Positions 38,200 to 47,438 of a stretch of 64,000 nucleotides of DNA are shown in pieces (position 1 is the stretch's first letter; the number at the start of each line of letters is the position of its first letter). The notes under the pieces were generated by a model that ran no database searches, was not told where the DNA came from, and was given only the letters and a program-made list of their open reading frames with translations. Both the position numbers and the translations under genes were made by a program. This DNA comes from an uncultured Solirubrobacteraceae bacterium (GTDB taxonomy: Bacteria; Actinomycetota; Thermoleophilia; Solirubrobacterales; Solirubrobacteraceae): assembly GCA_963701145.1 (NCBI GenBank), contig OY969572.1:2405387-2469386 (forward strand), given 5' to 3'.

Positions 38200-38802
38200 T
38201 TACAAGCGCGCCCGATCGGGTCGGCTGCGCAGTCCGTCCATCAGCAGGTCGAGCAGACGCTCGGCCTGCTCGCGCTGATCGCGTCCGCCGGCCGCGAGGG
38301 AGATCCCGCTGAGGCTCGCCATCACGTCCGCCGGCTGGACGTCCTCGCGCGTCGCGCCGGTCGCCGCGCTCGCATCGAGCAGCTCGGTGATCGCCGCGAG
38401 CAGCCGCGCACGGCTCTGTGCGAACGGATCCGCACCCGAGGCGATCACCACGCGCAGGGCGTCGGCCATCCCGCGCTTGGTGCGCATGTAGTCGAGAAAC
38501 CGATCCATCCACTCGCGCAGCGCAGCGTCGGGCAGCATCGATTCGCGCAGCCGCGGTGCCGCGTCGCACAGGCGGGCGAGCTCGTTTCGGTACGCGGCCT
38601 CGATCAGCGCCTCGCGGGTGGGGAAGCGACGGTAGAGCGTGCCGATCCCCACCCCGGCGTCCTTCGCGATCGCGTCGAGCGTGGCGTCCGGGCCCTCGCG
38701 CGAGAACGCGCTCACGGCCGCCTCGAGCAAGCGCTCGCGATTGCGCTGCGCGTCAGCTCGCAGGGGACGCGCAGTGTTCGGGGTGGGGGTTCGCTCGCGC
38801 AA
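38200..38802 (-). CDS. TetR/AcrR family regulator
   Basis: LRADAQRNRERLL, IAKDAGVGIGTLYRRFPTR. Confidence 0.93.
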   Translation of the reverse strand: MRERTPTPNTARPLRADAQRNRERLLEAAVSAFSREGPDATLDAIAKDAGVGIGTLYRRFPTREALIEAAYRNELARLCDAAPRLRESMLPDAALREWMDRFLDYMRTKRGMADALRVVIASGADPFAQSRARLLAAITELLDASAATGATREDVQPADVMASLSGISLAAGGRDQREQAERLLDLLMDGLRSRPDRARL

Positions 38803-38819
38803 GGTTGACTATGGCAGCT

Positions 38820-38869
38820 AAGCGGAGAGTCCTCCGCTTGTGGTAGGGTAAGCGGAGTCGCCTCCGATT
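38820..38869. promoter_or_regulatory. Two TetR operators in divergent promoter
   Basis: AAGCGGAG-N4-CTCCGCTT (38820) and AAGCGGAG-N4-CTCCGATT (38850). Confidence 0.75.
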
Positions 38870-38914
38870 GAAGTCCACCACGAGCCTACTACCGCGCCAG
38901 CACAGGAGACCAGC

Positions 38915-39892
38915 ATGAACGCTTCCGCACGCATCGCGACGCCCTTCGGCGCCCACACGACCGCCGCCGAGGTGATCGATGGCGTCGATCTGAGCGGCCG
39001 CAGCGCGATCGTCACCGGCGGCGCCTCCGGCATCGGCGTCGAGACCGCCCGTGCTCTGGCCAGTGCCGGAGCCGACGTCGTGCTCGCGGTGCGCGACCTC
39101 GAGGCCGGTGAGCGGACCGTCGCCGACATCGAGGCGGCCAACCCCGAGGCCCGTGTGAGCGTCGCGCACCTCGACCTCGCCGAGCAGGCGTCGATCGCCG
39201 CGTTCGTCGCGGCGTTCGAGGAGCCGCTGCACATTCTCGTCAACAACGCCGGCCTCATGGCGTCGCCGCTGATGCGCACGCCCGAGGGCTGGGAGATGCA
39301 GTTCGCCACCAACCACCTCGGCCACTTCGCGCTCGCCACAGGCCTGCACCACGCCCTCGCCGCGGCCGGCGACGCCCGTGTGGTGTCGGTCAGCTCGAGC
39401 GCGCACCTCGGTTCGCCGGTGGTGTTCGAGGACATCCATTTCCGCGAGCGCGAGTACAACCCCTGGGCCGCCTACGCGCAGTCCAAGACGGCCAACGTGC
39501 TGTTCGCCGTCGAGGCCAGCAGGCGCTGGGCCGCGGATGGCATTGCCGCCAACGCGCTCATGCCCGGTGCGATTCGCACCAGGCTGCAGCGCTACGTCAG
39601 CGAAGAGGAGCTCGACCGGTTGCGCGCCGCGACCGGCTCGGCGGCGCCGGACTGGAAGACGATCGAGCAGGGCGCCGCGACCTCTGTGCTGCTGGCAAGC
39701 TCGCCGCTGCTCGACCGCGTCGGCGGGCGCTACTTCGAGGACTGCAACGAGGCGCAGCCGAACGAGCCGGGGACGCGCCGCGGCGTTGCCGCGCACGCGC
39801 TCGATCCCGACGACGCCAGCCGGCTGTGGGACGTCTCGATCGAGACGCTCCGCCTGGCCGGGGCGGATCACACAGCACGATTGGGCAGTTAG
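38915..39892 (+). CDS. SDR oxidoreductase (retinol dehydrogenase/WWOX-like)
   Basis: TGGASGIG, NNAG, TNHLGHF, YAQSK. Confidence 0.93.
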   Translation: MNASARIATPFGAHTTAAEVIDGVDLSGRSAIVTGGASGIGVETARALASAGADVVLAVRDLEAGERTVADIEAANPEARVSVAHLDLAEQASIAAFVAAFEEPLHILVNNAGLMASPLMRTPEGWEMQFATNHLGHFALATGLHHALAAAGDARVVSVSSSAHLGSPVVFEDIHFREREYNPWAAYAQSKTANVLFAVEASRRWAADGIAANALMPGAIRTRLQRYVSEEELDRLRAATGSAAPDWKTIEQGAATSVLLASSPLLDRVGGRYFEDCNEAQPNEPGTRRGVAAHALDPDDASRLWDVSIETLRLAGADHTARLGS

Positions 39893-40920
39893 CTGCTCGC
39901 GCTGTCCGCTGCCCGGTGCGCCGCCGCGCGCTTGCGCTCCATCTCGGCGGGCTCGACGCGCTGCACGTCCCACGCGAGGCCCGTCTTCTCCATCGAGGCG
40001 ATCAGCCACCACGTGGGATCGAACTGCCACTTCTCGAGTCCGTGCTTGGCCGAGCGCGGGAACGCGTGGTGGTTGTGGTGGTTGCCCTCACCCAGGCCCA
40101 CCAGCGCCACGACCGGGTTGTTGCGACTCTCATCGCGCGTCTCGAACGGTCGCTTGCCCCACAGGTGGCACACCGAGTTCACGCTCCAGGTGGCGTGGTG
40201 CACGAAGAACACGCGCAGTGCGCCGCCCCACAGGAAGGCGCCCAGCCCGCCGCGAAGCTTCCTGGTCACGAGCAGCCCCGCGGCGAACGGGGCGACGAAG
40301 TAGCTGAACAGGACGATGTGGGCGAAGCGACGGTGCACGGCCATCACGACCGGGTCCTCGAGCAGGTCCGGGACGTAGCGCTGGCGCGAGGCCTTCTCGT
40401 CGGCGAACAGCCATCCGAAGTGGGCGTGGACGAAGCCGCGGATGGCGCCGCCCGCGTGGCCCGCGTGCGGGCTGTGCGGGTCGCCCTCTTCGTCCGCGTA
40501 CGCGTGGTGCTTGCGGTGATCTGCCACCCAGTCCGGAACCGAGCCCTGGATGGCGGTCGAGCCGAGCACCGCGAAGATGCCGCGGATCAGCGGATAGGTC
40601 CTGAAGCTGCGGTGGGTGAACAGCCGGTGGTAGCCCGCCGTGATCCCGAACCCGCTGAGCATGTAGGAGACCGCGAAGATACGGCGGTTGGCGGGAGTGG
40701 CCATGAACCAGCGCTTGCGGAGCGTCGCCACCAGGAGCGCCGGTGGACCGAACACGAACATCCCCGTGAACACCCGGTACATCAGGCTGGCCGGGTGGGT
40801 CTCGGGCACCGGTCCCGGTTGACGCGGGCCCGTCGCGGACGCCCGTCCGTCCTCGCGCGGCGGCGTGGCCGGCGTCTCGCCCGCCTGGGCGGGCGGCGGT
40901 GTGTACGGAGTCGCGCTCAC
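39889..40920 (-). CDS. Acyl-CoA/acyl-lipid desaturase (Delta-9, DesC/OLE1-like)
   Basis: His boxes HRLFTH, HRKHH, HNHH; GTG start overlaps the upstream stop. Confidence 0.9.
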   Translation of the reverse strand: MSATPYTPPPAQAGETPATPPREDGRASATGPRQPGPVPETHPASLMYRVFTGMFVFGPPALLVATLRKRWFMATPANRRIFAVSYMLSGFGITAGYHRLFTHRSFRTYPLIRGIFAVLGSTAIQGSVPDWVADHRKHHAYADEEGDPHSPHAGHAGGAIRGFVHAHFGWLFADEKASRQRYVPDLLEDPVVMAVHRRFAHIVLFSYFVAPFAAGLLVTRKLRGGLGAFLWGGALRVFFVHHATWSVNSVCHLWGKRPFETRDESRNNPVVALVGLGEGNHHNHHAFPRSAKHGLEKWQFDPTWWLIASMEKTGLAWDVQRVEPAEMERKRAAAHRAADSASS

Positions 40921-42428
40921 GCGACCGGTTCGCGTCCCATCAGCGTCGAGGGTAGCCCAGCCAGCGCCGCGATCCCGAGCACGGAACGAGGTTCGTAGGC
41001 CGCGCGCCACAGCCCGCCGTGTGCCGCCCCGTCGCTGAGCAGGTGCTCGGGATGGCTTCTCGGCGCGGGCGCCCGGTTCAGATCGTGGACGAGCATCGCC
41101 GCCATCAGCACCCGCGTGGTGCTGGGCGCGAAGATCTCGACGCCGAAGTGGTGCGCTCCCGCGTACGCCGCGGCGAGCACCCGGTTCCTGGTCACCGACC
41201 GCGTCCAGGTGGCGGGCGCCACGTTGAAGGACACGCGATGCCCACTCGCCTCCGCATCCAAACCGCGCCAGCGCTGGCAGCGCTTGGCGAGCGCGTAGTT
41301 CGGGCCCTGCTGGGTGACGAGCGCGTCCGCCACCGGCACCCCCTCGGCGTATGCGGGCCTGAACAGGCGCCCGCCCGAGAGCGCCCGGACGGGTGCCTGG
41401 GCGAGCTTGCGCAGCCGCCTGGCGGCGTACGCCGAGTGCGCATGCTCGGCGGCCTCGGCTGGGACGAGGAACGCGTCGGTGGGGGTGGCCAGGTAGGCGA
41501 GCGCGCTCGCATGTCCGCCGGCCAGCAGCTCGCTCGCCAGCGCGTCGAACGCGGCGCTCACGCACACGTGCCCGCCACCGTCGAGGTACGCGTACATGCC
41601 GAGCGCGAGCTCGGCCTCCTGGCCCATCCGCTGCAGCCACGCGTTGGCCTCGGGGAGGTCGCTGAGCAGGTCCGCGCCCTGCGAGCCGTCCGGCGCGACC
41701 GGGACGTGCACGGCTCCCGCTCCGGCTCGTGCCGTGCCCGCAATCCGCTCCCACACGCGCGGGCGGGGCACGTCGAGCGCGATCACCTCGGCACCCCACG
41801 CGCACAGCGGCTCGAGCGGGCCGATCTCCGCGCCGGCTCCCACGAGCGCGACCCTCCGTCCCGTGAGGGCGAGCCAGTCGGGGTTCCGCGCGACCTCGCC
41901 CACGGCGCTCGCGAACGACGGCTCCACCGATCCCGCGTCCACCCACCGGTCGAGCTGTTCGGCCAGGCTCGACCCGTGCAGCTCCCGTCCGCGGTAGGGA
42001 ACCCGCAGCTCGCTCACACGCGCTGCGGCGCCCTGGATGAGGCCGGTGCCAAGCTCACGCGTGGGCTCGACCTGCGCGAGCGCGCTCCCCACAGGGGTCT
42101 CCCGCCCGCCCCACGCGAACGTCAGCCGGGAGCGCATCGACTCGAGGCCCGCCCGGGAGATCGCCAGCGCGGACTCGGCGCTGTCCGCGGATACGGCGGT
42201 GAGCTCGCGGATGAAGGGGGCGTAGTCGCTGCGCCAGTCGCCGCACGCGCGGATCCGCTCGGCCAGGTCGGCGTCGACGGCGGCGGCCGCATCCGCGAGG
42301 ATCGCGCGACCCGTCGCGCTGGTGGAGCGGCGCCCGTCGAGCACCGGGAACGAGATACCGCCTCGCGCCTCGTCAGGCGGCGTGCGCACGGGTCTTGCCG
42401 CGACGCGAACCTGACTGTCGTTTTCCAT
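40917..42428 (-). CDS. Uncharacterised protein with atypical SDR-like motifs
   Basis: ALVGAGAEIG, YLATPTD, QGPNYALAK, FNVAP. Confidence 0.7.
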   Translation of the reverse strand: MENDSQVRVAARPVRTPPDEARGGISFPVLDGRRSTSATGRAILADAAAAVDADLAERIRACGDWRSDYAPFIRELTAVSADSAESALAISRAGLESMRSRLTFAWGGRETPVGSALAQVEPTRELGTGLIQGAAARVSELRVPYRGRELHGSSLAEQLDRWVDAGSVEPSFASAVGEVARNPDWLALTGRRVALVGAGAEIGPLEPLCAWGAEVIALDVPRPRVWERIAGTARAGAGAVHVPVAPDGSQGADLLSDLPEANAWLQRMGQEAELALGMYAYLDGGGHVCVSAAFDALASELLAGGHASALAYLATPTDAFLVPAEAAEHAHSAYAARRLRKLAQAPVRALSGGRLFRPAYAEGVPVADALVTQQGPNYALAKRCQRWRGLDAEASGHRVSFNVAPATWTRSVTRNRVLAAAYAGAHHFGVEIFAPSTTRVLMAAMLVHDLNRAPAPRSHPEHLLSDGAAHGGLWRAAYEPRSVLGIAALAGLPSTLMGREPVA

Positions 42429-42462
42429 TGCCGGGACCGTACTTGACGAAAGAGCTACATTT

Positions 42463-42479
42463 CTTGACCTAGTGTCAAG
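42463..42479. promoter_or_regulatory. Palindrome in divergent promoter
   Basis: CTTGAC-N5-GTCAAG. Confidence 0.45.
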
Positions 42480-43695
42480 CAATCTGCCGCGCAGCAGTTA
42501 TGCCGCCAGCATAGATTCGTGGCTCGATCCGGCTGCCGTCGCCGCCATCCGCGCCGAGCTGCCGGGTCTCGCGGACGAGATCGTCCACGCCATCCAGCGC
42601 GAGGTCCCCGGATACTCGCGCCCGCTCAGCGGCGAGTTCGGCGAGGGGATCCGCACCGGCGTGGAGCTCGCCCTCAGGCGCTTCACCGGCGATGTCAGCG
42701 ACGGGTCGCCGGACACCTACAGGCGCCTTGGGTACGGCGAGCTTCGTGCGGGGCGCAGCCTCGACGCGCTGCAGAGCGCCTATCGCGTGGGTGCCCGGGT
42801 GGCGTGGCGGCGCATGAGTCAGGCGGCGGCGGGCACGGGTGCCACCGCGGACGCCCAGCGCGAGCTCGCGGCGGCGATGTTCGCCTACATCGACCAGATC
42901 GCCGGCGAGTCCATCGAGGGGTACGCCGAGGCGCAGCTCGAGCGCGCGAGCGGCCGCGAGCGCCACCGCGCGGCGCTCTTCACCCTGCTGCTGAGCACGC
43001 CTGCGCCAGAGGCCCCCAGGCTCGCCGCGGCGGCCGCCGCGGCGCGCTGGCCGGTTCCGCCGGCGCTCGCGTGCCTGCTGGTCGAGAACAGGGCGGCCGC
43101 GGCGACCGTCCACCAGCTCAGCGGTGACGCCCTCCACGGCCCCGCGGGGGATCTCACCTGCGTGATCGTGCCGAACCCGAGTCGCGTGGAGCACGAGGCC
43201 CGTGCGATCGCCGAGCGCCTGGACGCCGTCGCGTTCCTCGGTCCGTCGGTCGTCCCGGCGGACGCGCGCATGTCGCTGCGCTGGGCCGACCTCGCCCGCG
43301 AGCTGCCACCTGGGGAGGCGAGGCTGGTGGTCGCCGAGCGGCGCCTCGCCGACATCGCCCTGCACGCCGCGCCCGACATCGTCACGGCCCTCACCGAGCG
43401 GGTGCTGCGACCCCTGGCCGGCGAGAGCGAGCGCAGCCGGGCGCGGCTCGAGGACACGCTCCTGGCGTGGTTGCGCCGGCACGGCTCCCAGCGCGCGATC
43501 GCCGCCGAGCTGTCGGTGCATCCGCAGACCGTCCGCTACCGGCTGCGTCGCCTGCGCGATCTGTTCGGAGCGGGCCTCGACGATCCCGACCTGCGGTTCG
43601 ACCTGGAGATAGCGCTACGCCGCCGCGCCGCCGCGCGCCGCTCCTCGCAGCGGTTGCGCCAGCGCTCGGGTCGGCTCGAGCCCGCAGGCGCTTAG
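42472..43695 (+). CDS. PucR/CdaR family transcriptional regulator
   Basis: GRSLDALQSAYRVG; C-terminal IAAELSVHPQTVRYRL. Confidence 0.9.
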   Translation: MSSNLPRSSYAASIDSWLDPAAVAAIRAELPGLADEIVHAIQREVPGYSRPLSGEFGEGIRTGVELALRRFTGDVSDGSPDTYRRLGYGELRAGRSLDALQSAYRVGARVAWRRMSQAAAGTGATADAQRELAAAMFAYIDQIAGESIEGYAEAQLERASGRERHRAALFTLLLSTPAPEAPRLAAAAAAARWPVPPALACLLVENRAAAATVHQLSGDALHGPAGDLTCVIVPNPSRVEHEARAIAERLDAVAFLGPSVVPADARMSLRWADLARELPPGEARLVVAERRLADIALHAAPDIVTALTERVLRPLAGESERSRARLEDTLLAWLRRHGSQRAIAAELSVHPQTVRYRLRRLRDLFGAGLDDPDLRFDLEIALRRRAAARRSSQRLRQRSGRLEPAGA

Positions 43696-43711
43696 GCTGG
43701 GCGGTCGCAGC

Positions 43712-45013
43712 TCAGGCGAGCGCCGCCCCGCGCCCGGGCAGGAGCGGGAACGAACGGCTTGCCCGCGAGGGCAGGATGTAGTTGGCGCGCCTGAGCACGG
43801 CGATGAACTCGTTGATCCCGTTGTTGACCGTTTCGGTGATCGCGGGGTTCTCCACATGTGCCCCCGACGCGTTCATCGCGTTGCGGGTTATGACGAAGTC
43901 GTTGATCGAACGCTGCACCGATACGAAGTGCAGGCCGGCGTGGCCGCCGTCCACGGTGTTGAAGTCGCGGCGGATGATCAGCGGCTTGCCGTTCCGGCGG
44001 GCGATGGCGGAGGTCTGCGAGTGGCCGATCACGCCGTAGCGCTGGATCGCCTGGTTGATCAGGTTCGGCTCGCTCGGGGCGTCGGTGGTGAAGCGCGGGA
44101 CCTGTTCGGGGGTCGTCTCGGGCGAGTACATGCGCGCCACCCGCTCGGCGTATGACAGACCCTCGTACCAGCCGTCGAGCCGCAGGCGCATGTAGCTGAC
44201 CTGCATGGTCGTGCCCTGCGCGAACGGGCCGCCGGCGATCGTCACGTAGTCCTCGCTCGCCTGGTTCTTGCGCAGCCCCGACTTGAAGCCCATGAACAGC
44301 GGCGACTGGGGTGACACCGGGTCGCCCGGCGGGATGCCGCTGACGTCCTGGTGCGCGGCCGCCAACCCCGTGCCGACGAACCCCGTGCGCGTCTCGCGCC
44401 AGCGCAGCGCGTCGGTGATCTGCAGCGAGCCCCTCGCCCCGCCCAGACGCTCTCCGTGCAACAGCGCCGCCTCCACGGCCGCGAGCTTGCGTTCGTCGTC
44501 GCACGCGAGGTGCAGGCACAGGTGGTAGTCGTCGATCGCGGGCGACTCGAAGTTCGACAGGCCGGTCGCCGCCGGTATGGGCGAGCTGACGCCGAGTACG
44601 CGCTCGAAGTAGGTGGGCCCCCAGCCGGCCGTGAACAGCAGTCCCGCCGGGCTCCACCGGTAGAGGCGCTCGAGCGTTCGCAGCGCCGCCTCGAGCAGGC
44701 GTGCGTACGCCGGCGTCGGCCGACCCCTCACGTCGAAGAACAGCAGCCGGTCGAAGCGGGGGGCGATCGGATCGCCGACGTCGTTGACCCGCAACGTCGC
44801 CGCCCACGCGTGCTGGCGCGCCGGCAGGCCGCCCGGCTGGCTGCCGAGCGCGACGCTCGGGACCGCCACGGACGCGCCCAGGTCGGGAGCCACGACGGCG
44901 CCGGCGCGCTCTGAGTCGGCGCCGACACCCGCGCCCACGGCGAGCGCCGAGGCGCCGATCAAGAACTCCCGACGGTTCAGCGACCGCCGTTCATTGTCGC
45001 GCTCGGGACTCAT
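43712..45013 (-). CDS. Tat-exported Dyp-type peroxidase-like protein (DUF7405-like)
   Basis: Twin-arginine NRREFL; FMGFKSG, GVIGHSQ, IIRRDFN, GLHFVSVQR. Confidence 0.75.
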   Translation of the reverse strand: MSPERDNERRSLNRREFLIGASALAVGAGVGADSERAGAVVAPDLGASVAVPSVALGSQPGGLPARQHAWAATLRVNDVGDPIAPRFDRLLFFDVRGRPTPAYARLLEAALRTLERLYRWSPAGLLFTAGWGPTYFERVLGVSSPIPAATGLSNFESPAIDDYHLCLHLACDDERKLAAVEAALLHGERLGGARGSLQITDALRWRETRTGFVGTGLAAAHQDVSGIPPGDPVSPQSPLFMGFKSGLRKNQASEDYVTIAGGPFAQGTTMQVSYMRLRLDGWYEGLSYAERVARMYSPETTPEQVPRFTTDAPSEPNLINQAIQRYGVIGHSQTSAIARRNGKPLIIRRDFNTVDGGHAGLHFVSVQRSINDFVITRNAMNASGAHVENPAITETVNNGINEFIAVLRRANYILPSRASRSFPLLPGRGAALA

Positions 45014-45143
45014 CCGCCAACCGGGGCGCCAAGCTATCAGAGTACGGCGCGCGCAATCGATGAACTCGCTCGGGCCAAGCGCCGCCGAGTGGGCCCGTGG
45101 CGCGAGCGCGCCGGCGGACCGAACGTCCTTATCATGAGGGCGT

Positions 45144-45656
45144 ATGCCGCCCGGCCCACACCCGTCCTCGAGGGCGCCCGTCAAGCGCATCAGCCTCAGG
45201 CTCGCCCTCGCCGCGACGCTGGCAGGCGCCGCGCTCGCTGCCGCGCCGCTCGCTGGTGCCGCGCGGGGAAGCGCCGCTGCGGCCGGCGCCGGCGCACCCA
45301 CGCTCGAGCTCGAACAGACGGGCCTCGGCGAGATCCTGGTCAACGGCTCCGGACACACGCTCTACCTGTTCACTCGCGACAGGCACGACACGGACAGTTG
45401 CGCGAAGGTGCCGGGATGCCTCGCAACCTGGCCGGCGCTGACGAGCACCCGCAAGCCCATCGCCGGTCCGGGTGTGAAGAGCTCGCTGCTCGGCACGATC
45501 CGGTTTCACGGTCACCTGCGGCAGGTGACCTACGCCGGACACCCGCTTTACACATACGCACACGACCTCGTGGGCCGCTCGACGTACAACATCGGCTCAG
45601 ACGAGTACGGCGGCACATGGGACGCCGTACTCGTGAGCGGCGCAGCCGTCAACTAG
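45144..45656 (+). CDS. COG4315-type secreted protein with Yx(FWY)xxD repeats
   Basis: LVNGSGHTLYLFTRD, CLATWPAL, QVTYAGHPLYTYAHD. Confidence 0.85.
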   Translation: MPPGPHPSSRAPVKRISLRLALAATLAGAALAAAPLAGAARGSAAAAGAGAPTLELEQTGLGEILVNGSGHTLYLFTRDRHDTDSCAKVPGCLATWPALTSTRKPIAGPGVKSSLLGTIRFHGHLRQVTYAGHPLYTYAHDLVGRSTYNIGSDEYGGTWDAVLVSGAAVN

Positions 45657-45659
45657 CCG

Positions 45660-45697
45660 GCCCCCGCGGAGCGGTTCACGCTCCGCCCCGCGGGGGC
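45660..45697. terminator. Hairpin between convergent genes
   Basis: GCCCCCGCGG...CCGCGGGGGC. Confidence 0.55.
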
Positions 45698-45744
45698 CCG
45701 GCTTCTGCGCCTCCCGATGAGTGCAGTATGGCTCTGCTGGTGCC

Positions 45745-46443
45745 TTACAGCACGTGGTAGAACACGTAGTAGGACTGGGAGTTGGTGAGCTGCCACTGGA
45801 AGGAGATGCTCACCGTCACCTTCTTCGGGCACACGGCCACCGAATCCGGCGCGTACAGGCTCATCTTCTGTTTGTCGAAGCTGATTTCCAGCAGTTCGCC
45901 GAACTCCGTCGCTCGCCCGAGGATCTCACCCTTGATCTTGGTGAAGGTGTAGTTGCAGTATTCCTCGTAGCCGGTCGCCAGTGCGATGCGGACGCCCGAC
46001 GGCGAGGCTGCGCTCTTGGCATCGATCGCGGCCTTGAGGTTCGAGCCGAGCTCGAGGCTGCCAAAGGGCTGGGTGTTGAATTCGATTCCCGACGGGTAAA
46101 CTTCAGATCCCAGGCCAGGGATCGTGTTCGGGCACTTCCTGTTTCCGTCGTAGAACCGCCCGTACCTCGTCAGATTGCCGATTTCGTCCGTTTTCTGGTC
46201 GTTGCTCTCGACCGTGCCCGTCAGTCCCTGTTCTTCGCCGGGTGAGCAGGTGACTGCTCCGCCGGCGGCTTCGATCGTCCAGGCGCCGTCATTGGCCATC
46301 CTGAATTCGTCGCCCGGTTGCAGTTGCTGTTCGGAACCGTCGTTCCACGTGAGGTCGAGCGTCTTGGCGCTCGCGGACGACGCATAGCTGCCAACCGTCC
46401 CGAGAGCCAGCATGGCGGCTACTGCAAAGCCTGTCATTTTCAT
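45745..46443 (-). CDS. Secreted 4-Cys hypothetical protein
   Basis: Signal MKMTGFAVAAMLALGTVGSYASSASA; beta-rich sequence. Confidence 0.7.
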   Translation of the reverse strand: MKMTGFAVAAMLALGTVGSYASSASAKTLDLTWNDGSEQQLQPGDEFRMANDGAWTIEAAGGAVTCSPGEEQGLTGTVESNDQKTDEIGNLTRYGRFYDGNRKCPNTIPGLGSEVYPSGIEFNTQPFGSLELGSNLKAAIDAKSAASPSGVRIALATGYEEYCNYTFTKIKGEILGRATEFGELLEISFDKQKMSLYAPDSVAVCPKKVTVSISFQWQLTNSQSYYVFYHVL

Positions 46444-46591
46444 AGATAGCATCGCGGCTACTCCTTTTCGGTTGATTGGTGTCGATCATCTCGCCCACCC
46501 ACCGGTGTGTGTGTGAGATCTGACACAACGCCCGCGCGAGCTTCGCCGGCACGACGCCGGCGGCCAGACGCGGAGCTAGAGTGCAAACGGC

Positions 46592-47438
46592 GTGCAGAGC
46601 GTGGTGATCGTCAGACGGCTGGGCCTGGGGGCGATGATGCTTCTGGTGGGCCTGTGGGCGGCGGCGTGCAGCGGATCGCAGGGGGTGGGCGGCGGCGGCG
46701 CGTTCGCGCCCCGTACCGCCGGGACGCTCACGGTGGCCACCGCTCAGATTCCCGATCCAGGCTTCTGGGCAGGTACGCCCGCGCGTCCCACCGGCGGCTT
46801 CGAGTACGGGCTCGCGCGGGCGTTGGCGTCGCGGTTCGGATTGTCAAAGCTGAAGGTGATCATCGTGCCGTTTGCGCGGCTCATAGCCGGCGACCTCGGC
46901 GGTGCCGACCTCGCCCTTTCCGACATAACGGTCACCTCCGAACGCGCCGAGCACGTGTCGTTCTCGAGCTCATACCTGGCCGCGCCGCCGTCGATCCTCG
47001 TGCGTCCGGGCACGGAAGTCGCGGACGTCCACGCCGCGCAGCAGACTGAGCTGGGCGGTGCAGACGGGGACCACGCTGCAGGGCGCGCTCGAAGAAACGA
47101 TCCGCCCCGCCACGACGCCGTTGATCCTTCACCATCAGCGCGAAGCGCTGCATGCGCTGCGCGCCCGGCGGGTGCAGGCCGTGATGCTCGACCTCCCGGT
47201 GGCGCTCGCGTACGCGCGCGAATCGCCGAACACCTACGCGGTGGCCGCGCAGCTCCCGAGTGAAGACGTGCTCGCGGCCGCCCTGCCGAAGGGCTCGGAA
47301 AACGTCGAAGCGGTCGACTCGGCGATGCGCGCGTTCGCCGCCGACGGCACGATCGAACGGCTGGGGCGCAAGTGGCTCGCCACCGACCTGGAAGAAGGTC
47401 AGGTCGAACACGTCCCGACGCTGAGGACGCAGGAATGA
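46592..47438 (+). pseudogene. Amino-acid-type substrate-binding lipoprotein (SBP_bac_3), frameshifted near 47040-47045
   Basis: AAAC lipobox; GFEYGLARALA, DLALSDITVTSERAEHVSFS; a 1-nt deletion joins it to ORF 47058. Confidence 0.75.
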
